DNA from: Hyphochytrium catenoides | Taxonomy: Eukaryota; Protista; Hyphochytriomycota | Length of the DNA: 32,432 bases | Direction: 5' to 3' | NCBI GenBank assembly: GCA_900088475.1 | Contig: FLMG01000485.1 | Location: forward strand, 1 to 32,432 | Part shown: in pieces, positions 1 through 9,580 of the stretch | Numbering within the stretch: position 1 is the first letter of the stretch | How the letters are laid out: each line of letters begins with the position of its first letter | Notes under the pieces: model-generated | What the model saw: only the letters and a program-made list of their open reading frames with translations | What the model was told of the DNA's origin: nothing | Databases searched by the model: none | Translations under genes and position numbers: made by a program

Positions 1-645
1 ACATCGGACGGACTCATAGCTGACCACTGGAGCGAAGACCTCGTTATAATCGATCCCCTGTTTCTCATTGTAGCCTTGACCAACGAGTCGTGCCTTATAG
101 CGATCGATGGTGCCATCGCTTCCATATTTTACGCGAAACATCCCTTTACACCCAATGACGTTTGCTCCTGGAGGACGTTCAACGAGTTTCCAAACGTCGT
201 GTTGTTCCATAGATGCCATTTCACTGAGGATAGAGGCGTTCCACTCCGACGCATCCGCCAGAAAGAGCCTCCTCTCTCGTTCGGGGTTCATTGGGTGATA
301 AGGAGTGGCGAAGGGATTAGCCATGGAGAAAATAGAGTCTCCGTTTTGAGTCGGCGTTTGAAAAGCGGAATGCGGGAGGGAGGAGGTACTTGTTGTGGAG
401 AACAGTTGCTCGTGCTGGGGTTTGTTTGGACAAGAGGTTGTTGTAGACTGTCTGGGCAAACGCGCAGGTTTTCGCAACGGTCATCGGGAGGTGAACACGG
501 GTTTATCGAAGCTGAATTGTCGGTATCGCATACTGTGTCTGCTGGTTCAGGGGTTGGCAAGGGGCGGCACAGCAGCAGTATCGGGTTGTTTGACGAGGTA
601 TTCGTTGGGGTGAGGCACTTGGATGGACATATGTTGATCAGAATC
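1..645 (-). mobile_element. Ty1/Copia pol fragment: integrase-RT linker and N-terminal reverse transcriptase, frameshifted, running off the left edge
   Basis: Manual translation of the reverse complement of 1-292 gives EPRTREEALSG/DASEWNASILSEMASMEQHDVWKLVERPPGANVIGCKGMFRVKYGSDGTIDRYKARLVGQGYNEKQGIDYNEVFAPVVSYESVR, the Copia RVT_2 N-terminus (KARLV..G..Q..GIDY..FAPV). Confidence 0.93.
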
Positions 646-1578
646 CCCTTTACGAGTCGGATTGTTGGGGAGGGAGCTGTCTTCCTTACTAAGTATATCA
701 ATACAGCAGGCAAGCCTGAGGGCTCGCCCTTTTAGATAGGGGTAATCCAGCCTTGACCGGCAGGATTATTTGTACGAGTACACCATACTTTACTTGCTCA
801 AGCAGGATTGGACTATAGTACTCCCTTATTTATTAGATTGGAGCCTCTTTTAGAGACTATGATTCGCAGCAAATTGAAATTTGATGAATATAATAACAGA
901 GTATATGTGTTTTTATTTGGAATAGTAACCGGGTATAAGGCCTTATTTGTTTTATAACAATAGCCGGTAGGTCTAATTACAGCTATATAAACACAACTAC
1001 AACAGGGAGGAGTTGGAGTGGATTTGGTTTCTCAGTATAGTATGGGGAATGGGGAAAAGCGGAACAATGACTACAGAGTACAGCGTCACAAAGAACTAGA
1101 GTACGATTGGACTAGATACAGTACCGAAACCTGCCCTCTTTCGTGCAACAGATACACCCTTTGGCTTGTTTTGGGAATGAATTAATGTACCCAAAGACGA
1201 ACAATATGCTTTCGATGAATTGATTATTTGGCGATTACAAAAACTGACCAATCACAGAATTAACGACGTTTGCATTTGTTTTCAAAGTCCTTTTGGCTTC
1301 TTTTCAACCCCCCCTTTCATGTTCCTATTTACGTAAGCACTTACATGTACTCGAACCAAGAAAGCTCATCTAAATGGTGATTGGAAACAATTCATGAATT
1401 AACGTCAACCTCAGAATTGTGCTGGTCCGGGGGTACGATTTACTACCTGTGAACAGACAGATACACAGACAGACAGACAGACAGACAGACAGACGCGGAC
1501 GAACAACAAATCGGAACAAAATTCTGCACCGCCTGACGCAAAAACCTAAACAAAAAAGCTTCGCCCTTCGGGCTCGCC
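646..1578 (-). mobile_element. Non-coding Helentron/HINE-like insertion (possibly composite) interrupting the Copia pol
   Basis: AT-rich, non-coding block between two collinear Copia pieces. The minus-strand start TTGGCGAGCCCGAAGGGCGAAGC (GAA-loop hairpin) is followed by (GTCT)n at 1453-1494. Further hairpins at 709-728 and 745-769. AATC occurs at both junctions (642-645, 1579-1582). The left boundary is inferred. Confidence 0.55.
1453..1494 (+). repeat. (ACAG)n microsatellite
   Basis: acagacagatacacagacagacagacagacagacagacagac. Confidence 0.95.
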
Positions 1579-1582
1579 AATC

Positions 1583-2068
1583 AAAGAGATGGAGTACAGA
1601 GTCACGCAGCTGAGGCGAGGTTTGAAGTAGCGAACCAAATTTTCCTTCAGCGAACACAACATCCCTACGCGCAATGATGGTACCCACTCTCTCTGTCATA
1701 AAGTCGATAGGCCTTTGAGTTGTCTGGGTACCCAACGAATATGTAAGGCTTTGACTTGGGGTCCATTTTCTGCCTCTTCGAGTCCGGTACGAGTGCATAG
1801 GCAAGACAACCAAAGACACGGAGATGACTAACGTCCGGTTTGGCATTGAACCATTTTTCATAGGGAGCTGCTCCATGTAAGGCGCTTGTTGGGGAGAGAT
1901 TACCACATATGCAGCCGTTAACAAAGCTTCACTCCAAAAGGAGGGCGGTAGCTTGGCAGCATGTAGCATGCACCGGGCAGACTCCACAAGAGTCCTCTGG
2001 CGTCGCTCGACAACTCCGTTCTGCGCTGGACTGTATGGGGGCTGTAAGCTCATGTAGAATGCCACGTG
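1583..2068 (-). mobile_element. Ty1/Copia integrase C-terminal core and SH3-like region, frameshifted
   Basis: RGILHELTAP/YSPAQNGVVERRQRTLVESARCMLHAAKLPPSFWSEALLTAAY, and in other frames SHLRVFGCLAYALVPDSKRQKMDPKSKPYIFVGY...RRDVVFAEG. These are hallmark Copia integrase motifs. Confidence 0.93.
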
Positions 2069-3120
2069 TCTTGCTTACCTCTTCTTCAACATCCGACCGC
2101 ACTGTAAAGGTCCCTACAGAGTCTTCGCAATCTTCTTCTACAGCGGATAGGGACCTCGACTCCTTCATTACTCTCACCTTCTTCGCCCTTTCTCTTAGCG
2201 CTTCGTCCTTATCTTTGTCGCACTTCAGCTCTTTGTTGCGGTTATGGAACAAGCAACCTAACAATATCCTCATTTTAATCGTCATCAACGGACACTTTCT
2301 CGAGAGTTACACCATCGGCCTACCTGATCAACTCGTCTGCGTCGGTCGGATAGCTTCTATCATCGTCCTTTCTCTCTTTCGCGATGGCAGTGTTACACAA
2401 GCGTACTAGCCTGTCAAGCGCAGGCTCCAACAATAGAAGCAAGAAGTCAGCCCTAGTTCCAGACAGATTTCGGGATTGCAGGGCTCTTTCAATACGGCTA
2501 AGCAATCCCTTGAAAAAGGCGCGATATCTTGAGCCAATCATTACTTCCATGTAGGCGCTCTCGTCTACAAGTTCCCACTCAGGTATATTATCTGCCTTCT
2601 ATCCGGCTGTGGCTTGGGTCTTCCTTTTGTCAAACGCTGTAACTCTGATAGGCTCGTGATTATCTGCCCTCGATCCCTGTGATTCTGAGTCGAAGAAGAT
2701 TGATGACTGACTATCGGGTATGACAGTCGCCGATCTGGAAGAACCGGCAGCAGCATGTTGCGCCTCTTCTGCTGCCAATGACGGCGGTGCAAGCGAAGAA
2801 AGTGGTAGTCCTGGTGCAGCGGTGAGATTCTTCTTTGCCCGGCCCCGTAGTCTCTTCGCAGCAGGGCCGACAATTTCGCTTGGCCCTTGTTCTGTTTGAC
2901 TTCCATCACCTGCTGGCTCTGTCCTTTTTTTATTAGGTGGCCGACCCCGCTTCTTCTTCGTGGTTGTTGTTGGAGCAACTTCTGAAGCAGTGAATCCAGA
3001 AGAGGATGCGACTAGAGGTGAAGTTGGAGGAGACAAGCTCGTCGGGCTTTCTTCTACGGGAACTGAGTTACCGGGGTTGCTGTTTCGACCCTGCTCTGTT
3101 GCCGGGTGCTCAGTATCCAT
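2069..3120 (-). pseudogene. Fragmented TE-borne ORF with AT-hook/NLS (KKKRGRPPNKKR), function unknown
   Basis: Consecutive same-strand ORFs 2599-3120, 2320-2550 and part of 1929-2288, with an RGRP core flanked by K/R. The frame joins Copia integrase at ~2068. Confidence 0.45.
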
Positions 3121-3778
3121 TCCTCCTCCAGCTTCTGGTCATCAGAGACGCGAGGACGTCTTTACCCTAAAATGTATGGGAAACCTCCTTTCCGAAGATC
3201 TGATAGATCTCCGCACCTATCGGAGCTTTTTCGCTGAAAATTTAGATGTGATCAGATTGATAAAGGATGCACAGTTTCCCGCCTTCGTTTTGGCACCAAC
3301 CGACCTCACAGATTATCTTTCAAGAGCGGCAAATGCCCTTATTTCACGCCCTGTTGTACCACTATAGTGGCACAACTTGACCGTTAGAGGGTGAAGATTA
3401 CCGGCTATAGTTGGAGTTACGCCACTATAGTGGCACAGCTTTACAGTAGGGATATGAGGTTACAACACAAATTCACGTAGAAGCACGTGATGTGTCTCGG
3501 TTTATAGTGATACGTCTCGCATTACAAGTACAAATTCGATTTATGTTCATAAAAACCCTTTCGCTCCTCCTCTGACCCCTTTTCTATCTCCAAAGTACAC
3601 TAACAATGATTCAAACCCAAAGAAAAAGCCCAAACAGTGATTAGTAAAATCCAACTAGTGAAATTTTGCTCACAGACAGACAACAGACAGACAGGCAGAC
3701 ACACAGACAACACAAAAAAGTCCATTTGTGCTGAAGCCCCTGTGGGTTGAAATTGAGGCTCACCCTTCGGGCTCGCAA
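2069..3778 (-). mobile_element. Second Helentron-like element, truncated, carrying a decayed AT-hook ORF
   Basis: Terminus CCCTTCGGGCTCGC (3763-3776) is identical to 1564-1577. ACAG-rich microsatellite at 3672-3708, palindromic repeats at 3359-3437 and broken ORFs from 3120 to ~2070. Confidence 0.5.
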
Positions 3779-3780
3779 TT

Positions 3781-4814
3781 ATTCATCAAATCTCAATTTG
3801 CTGCGAATAATCGCCAACGAAGATTATTCAAGACCTTCTGAAGCGCTATGGCATGGGAGATTGTAACCCAATCAGCACGCCTGTTACCCCCGGTGAAAAG
3901 CTACCCACGGCAGACTCTCTCTCTACATTGACTTCTGAAGAGGAACAATATTTACTCAAGATACCGTACAGGAATGCTGTTGGCAGTCTTATGCATCTAT
4001 CTGATGGTAGCCTCCAGGCCGGATATAGCCTTCGCGGTACAATCGGTTAGCCAGCATATGACTAACTATAGACAGACTTACTGGACCGCTGTGAAGCGGA
4101 TACTGAGATATCTGAAAGGGACTGCAGACCACTTCTTATCTAGGAGGAGAAGCAACCCCAGACATCATCAATCAGAGTCCAAGACTACAACTCTTTGCAG
4201 ATGCAGACTGGGCGAATGATCCTATGGACAGGAAATCCATTTCAGGCTACATTCTTACACTGGGGACTGGTGCTTTCAGTTGGAAGGCTAAGAAGCAAGA
4301 CATAGTGGCTTCTTCAACCACTGAAGCTGAGTGCATCTCACTGTGGACCGGAGCCAAACATGCAGAACACATCTCTTATTTCTTACAGGAGCTTCAGTAT
4401 CCACTGAGTAGACCTATCCTCCCACATCAAGACAACAAGAGCACAATAACTGTTGAATGTTCAGCTTCGACCCTTCACAATAGGGAGTTCGAGCTGCGGG
4501 GAGGTGTTGGAGTCTGAGGGCACAGCTATGTGTAACAGTCTGCGAGATGCCGAGACCAAAATCGAAATATATTGATGTCAAACACTGTGTGGCTAGAGAC
4601 GAGGTGAATCGCAAAGTCTTGGAATTGCAACACTGTCCAACCAAGAAAATGACTGCCGACATTCTCACGAAGGCGTTACCAGCACCTCAGTTCCGAGATT
4701 TCTTCAGCAACTCGGGATTGTCCGGTCCACATCCGTCGTAAGACAAAGTCTACTTTCCGGGGAGGACAAGGCGGAGGCCGACGGACACTCAGGAAGTCTG
4801 GACCTGCGGGGAGG
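3781..4814 (+). mobile_element. Ty1/Copia RT C-terminus, RNase H and polypurine tract, frameshifted
   Basis: DLLKRYGMGDCNPISTPV, PYRNAVGSLM, SRPDIAFAV, WTAVKRILRYLKGT, DADW...DRKSISGY...SWKAKKQDIVASSTTEAE, DNKSTI, SKYIDVKH, MTADILTKAL; PPT GCGGGGAGG at 4806-4814. Confidence 0.95.
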
Positions 4815-5129
4815 TGTTGAGAGCAGAAGCTGACAAGAGCTCTAAAAGGCTCACAGTTCCATACTCTATCTGACAAGAGGAAGAAGGCACAAAACAACGT
4901 GTTTCAGAGTTATGATAACTAGGTTATTATCATCAGGTAAGTCATCATATGACGTCAAGAAGTAGTAACTGGGTCTAGTAGTTTATACGAGACACAGTTA
5001 CTCTCCGAGCAACTAGACAACGTGATAACTTGGAAACAGGGTCCCATAAGCTCTTCATACTCACTTCGAGCATATCAGTAGACCACACAACCTAAATAAG
5101 AGTGTCTTCAAATCCCATACATTATAACA
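4815..5129 (+). repeat. Copia 3' LTR (~315 bp, TGTT...AACA)
   Basis: Starts TGTTGA immediately after the PPT and ends TTATAACA, where unrelated coding-like sequence begins. Confidence 0.75.
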
Positions 5130-8100
5130 AAAATCCCGCAAACCATTCAGCATAATAGAGCGTTGGCATCAGCATATCATCACCACTAATACCCACCAAA
5201 GACATGTCAGAGGTGAAGCCGCCAGGGGAGCTAACCCTCTGACGTCGTTTTTTGCCATCAAGTCTGGTCCTTATAGTTAGTGAGCCCATGCTAGATGGTT
5301 CTTCACTATCAGCAGCTGGTACCAACCTGTCTTGTTTTGTGACCTCCAACAACCCGAAGGATCAAAATGAACTGTTGCCCTGGGCTGTTCAGACGCAATG
5401 AGATTGCCGAGGCCTTATATTGCGCTGTTTGCCAGTTATGGGGAATACAATGATTTGGCTGTGAAGATTTGATCGGACGAGCACGTTCTTGAGGGTATAC
5501 TTTGTCAACTGTAATGATGGGAAATATAGCTTTCGACCACGAACGAAGAAGAGTCCAAATCCAAATGGTCCTTGTGAGCCCTGCTTCTCCGACCGCGCAA
5601 CTGGAGACCCGTTAACGGCAAAGAAGAGTGGGTTGACTATTGGAGCCAAGTTAAAAAAGCGACTTACTTACATGCCAAATGTGGAGACGGCGGAAAGGCT
5701 CCCGAAGATCAAGGGTAAGATACTATGACTTTCTTGTGAAAAATTCCGAGCTATAAAGGGGAACATGACAGAGAAGAGAACAATAGATCTCTCTAAGGCG
5801 ATTGGCAACTTCCTGGTTTACGTGGTGTGGCATATGGCTAACAATTCAGTCACGGAGGCGATGGGCCTTCAAGCTCCTCATAATACAAGTAGTGTTGCTA
5901 CGCCTGACAGCTTTCTGACGGACTTCATCAAGGACCTACAATGAGAGTAAGGAGTTCAAGGAGTTTGTGCTCGTGGGGCTTGCCCAAGCGTTTGTTGCCA
6001 AATCTAGTGGCAAGAAGATGAATCCCTCACATGCATCACGGGTCGTGGACTTGTGCCAGGCGGTGCGTCTCAAGAGTGAATCGGCGTACGCTGTCCTCCA
6101 GGCTAACCATCTGAACACCAACATTGACCACCTGCAACAGGTCGCTACTAGAACCAAGGATGCATCATCTTCGCCCGTCATAGACCTCACTCCCACTGCC
6201 ATTGAGACTCGATTGAAGGAATGGATAGCTTCCCTCCTCCCTGAAGACCACGAAGGGAAAGAGGTGTTAGTGGTGTCGTTGGTCATTGATGCAACAAAAG
6301 TGGCCAAGCGCTACAATATAGCAGCGCTACAATATAGCAGCGCTACAATATAGCAGCGCGTATAGGAGCTTCGTGGAAACGCGTTACCCTCGCCACTTGC
6401 AACCGCCTACCCAAGAAGCAGTACTGGCAAAGCCAACAGACGCAGTGCTTGCCAGTGAAGTAAAGTGCGCAGTCCTATCGGCACAGAATGCACCAGCGAA
6501 GGTCTCAATCAGCCATGAATCTGATCGCAGCAAGAAAGGCCGCAGTCAAGCAATGAAAAGTCGATAGACTTCAATAAACTTCTCGTTGACATGGTCTGTG
6601 GGTTTCCAAACATCAGGCTAATAAGCTTAGCCTTCGATAATTTATCACCGGATGCAGACTATATAAGAACAATCACTCTAGACTGCTTTCGGGGGAAAAG
6701 CAACTTATTGGCCCTCGTAGTAGACCCGACCAGTCTGCCGCCAGGGCACTTCGCTCACAACTTATTCTCGGTGGGGATTTGGTTCTAGCTGGCTCTACCT
6801 TCATCGATCCAGGATTGGTTCTCTTGGCCGGTGTAAGGAGGAAGGAACTCTACCAAGCCACTGACTGTAATACGTCCGATGACCTGGTCCTCAAGCTGTT
6901 CGGTGGAGATTTTGGACAAGCTACTGAGCTTAGAGCACCAGGAGATGCCATCGGCAGCCATGCTGGGCCTTTCCTTATTCTTCATCCGTGCTTTTCTTCT
7001 TGGCGTCAACTCTGATTCTTTGCAGAAGGAGACTCAAACCTGCTACATGTGGTCACCTTTAGGGTTAACCCCCTCTCCATGGTGTAGCTGCTACGACCAA
7101 GAGGAATATGGTGCGGTCAGTCATTCAATGGTCTGTTTAGCAGCGAGATCAGATGTGCGGAAGAATCGCCTGGTAACTAGCGAGCCCGCTGAGCATCATT
7201 TCGGCAATGTCAGTCAATGGAGGACAAGAGAGTTTACTGTGTCAGAGCTACTGATCTATGTAAAAAGATCGAGCTTCTGCTGAAATCCACCTTTCGGTCA
7301 GACATCAAGACGTCAAACACAAGGCAGAAAGAATACCAGACTTCCTTTGAGGGCTTCAGATATTCTGTGGAGAAGATGTTCTCCACAAGGATGAGGAATA
7401 GGAAGAACATGGAAGGGGACCCAGCAGGGTAATGAATCAAACTATCAAAAGGACCCTGCTGCTGATGGACAACCTAGAGAGCCCCGCGAAGAGGGACTTT
7501 TTAATGGCGTTAAGGTAGATCCTGAGATGCCGATGGTAGATCAAGTGGAGAGGCCTTTGCTGAGATTTCTCAACGGCATCGCGGATAAAGTGCAATCCTT
7601 GATGGAGGAATGCTCCTTTCCTGACAAGGACAACTCTCCGTTCTGCAAATCTTTCATGACTCTGAAGGAGCTTGGCCAGGAGTACTTGCCGTACATGCCA
7701 GCGGGATTCTCCTACTCGGGTTCTACTTCCTCCTCTCCTTCCGCTGATCAGCCGCCAACTTCTGTATCGCCTCCTCCATCAAGGAGAGATTCAAAGGACG
7801 GAAAAGATGGAGGTAATGCTGCTAGTAAGACAAGGACAGCTGAGGAAAGCGAGGAGGACGCCATTCTTCGGCACCGCTTGGTGAGGATTGTGACCGATTT
7901 AACGAAAGACGAAAAAGAAGATGAGGAAGAGGAGAAGCCTTTGCCTCAAGCTCAGAAATCTCAAAACAACCTTGACGCCGGCCCTACTTTGATGAGGCTT
8001 TGATGGATACGTACGATAGCGCAGCAGGTGTTGTTGCGTCGGACCTGGATGATAATGAGTTTGGTAACCTCCTCTACTGCCACCAAAAAAAGCCGAAAGT

Positions 8101-8584
8101 GTCACTGCTGAAGTGTGCGACACATTCACTCAGGGTGCAAAAGGTACGCGATAGGGGCTCAGCGGACCAGGAACAAAAGGCAAAGAGCATACACCAACGC
8201 TGGTTTAGAGGCTTATCAAGATCAACTAAGAAGGACGACGAGGGAAACGATAATAATGATGTTAATATGGCTCCCGAAGTACTAGAAGAGTATGATGACC
8301 ATGATGACAAGGAGCAGCAGTGGCAAGCAAATGAGATTAGCGGAGCGAGGAAGAAAAATTGCGAAGAGGGAGAGTATTTGCAGTCGATGGCAGATTTTGT
8401 CGCCCTCTTTACTAAGTCTTATGCCAAATGCCGCTTAGTGACAGATGCCCAAGTGATAGGTGTTCGTGTCTTTGCTTCAAGAGTTGAAGCGGTGATGGGA
8501 GCCAAAATTCGCAGCTATATATCTCCGATCATAGCCAAAGCCAGTGACCATCGGCTGTTCACAGATCTGCTGAAGAATGCATAA
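5130..8584 (+). pseudogene. Decayed DDE transposase, P-element-like/unclassified, cut at its 5' end by the Copia LTR
   Basis: Chain of same-strand ORF fragments with ordered motifs SLVIDATKV, ISLAFDN, VDP..ARALRSQLILGG, IDPGLVLLAGV..SDDLVLKL and TSEPAEHHFGNV..REFTV. N-terminal His/Cys motifs and an acidic C-terminal tail; many stops and frameshifts. Confidence 0.6.
6307..6359 (+). repeat. 16-bp tandem repeat, 3.3 copies (AGCGCTACAATATAGC)
   Basis: Perfect copies at 6307, 6323 and 6339 plus a partial copy at 6355. Confidence 0.97.
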
Positions 8585-9580
8585 TCCCCGGTGGGGGTTG
8601 GCTAGGTGGTGGAAGGACATAGGAAAGATTTATATGACGACAAAGAGCTTACTTCTTGTTAGAGAAGCATAAGTATCTTAATGAACTCTTTCTTCTTCCT
8701 CTTCTTCTTCCTCCTACTCCTCCATTTATCATTCTCTATTATGGTTGATAGGTTATTTATCATCTCTTTACATATAAGCTTGCTTCTTTTCTAGTATGTG
8801 CCTTCTCGTCCTCCTTCCTACACTTTTACTTGTTGTCGGTTTCCACTTACTATCTATTAATTAGTGCATTCCTTAGTCTCATCTTCTTCGCTAGGAAGAA
8901 GAAGTAGGAGTAAAGGACAACACTTAGCCGATATAAATATTCATGCCGACACTTATGATCGTCGACAACTTGAGACAAGAGCGAGGTGATAACCGCGAGA
9001 CGGAGTAGCGCCATTCTTTTTTTGTTTATGAAGAACGCGATAAGTGAACACCGTCCGTTTATTGCTTCAAGAGCAGCTTCCGTACAGTCATGATGGAGCT
9101 TGTAACTTATAGATTAATAGGCCAGTGTTTACCCCATACATTATATTAGACCGAAGCCCGGTCCCAATGTTTTCTTTTGCTCTAGCCAAGTCCCAAAAGT
9201 GGATATTAGCAAATGTATGGAGAGCCGCCTGGTCTAACGGGCAAAGTAGTTCTTCCCCGTTGTAGAACAGCTCCCTACAACACCAGGCTAGATATAGCCG
9301 TTACCGGTCTCTGGTGTGAGGCTGGTCTGTCGCGTGCTTCAGCGATGGGACACCGCTCACTCATCAGATCTCCGACCTTGGGCTCATCAGCGCAGGGAGC
9401 ATCCTGGGGCTTGAGAGCGCGGGAGCCTTGACGACGACTTAAGTTCACTTCCGTCAGTCCAATCTGAGAGAAGATAGAGGCACATAGAGGCATACAGGGA
9501 GGAGGACAGCTAGCAGCTGGAGAGAATAGGCGGCTGACGTCGTGTTCCGTCTCACCGTTCTCACTGGGGGCCTTCTCACC

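Noticed and set aside
76-735. 219-aa plus-strand ORF
   Set aside because: Mostly the antisense shadow of the Copia pol fragment; no recognisable motif.
924-938. AGTAACCGGGTATAA, reminiscent of the Drosophila DINE-1 subterminal repeat
   Set aside because: Short, imperfect, internal and without a partner copy; likely chance.
6307-6359. Short direct repeats as a possible CRISPR array
   Set aside because: No spacers, no cas genes, eukaryotic context.
5114-9145. 13-bp direct repeat CCCATACATTATA (5114-5126 and 9133-9145) flanking the transposase relic as a possible TSD
   Set aside because: The left copy lies inside the Copia LTR, the transposase frame is cut mid-coding at 5130, and several chance 13-mer matches are expected in 32 kb.
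9213-9431. RLDIAVTGLW resembling a non-LTR restriction-like endonuclease motif
   Set aside because: No following conserved residues and no RT context.
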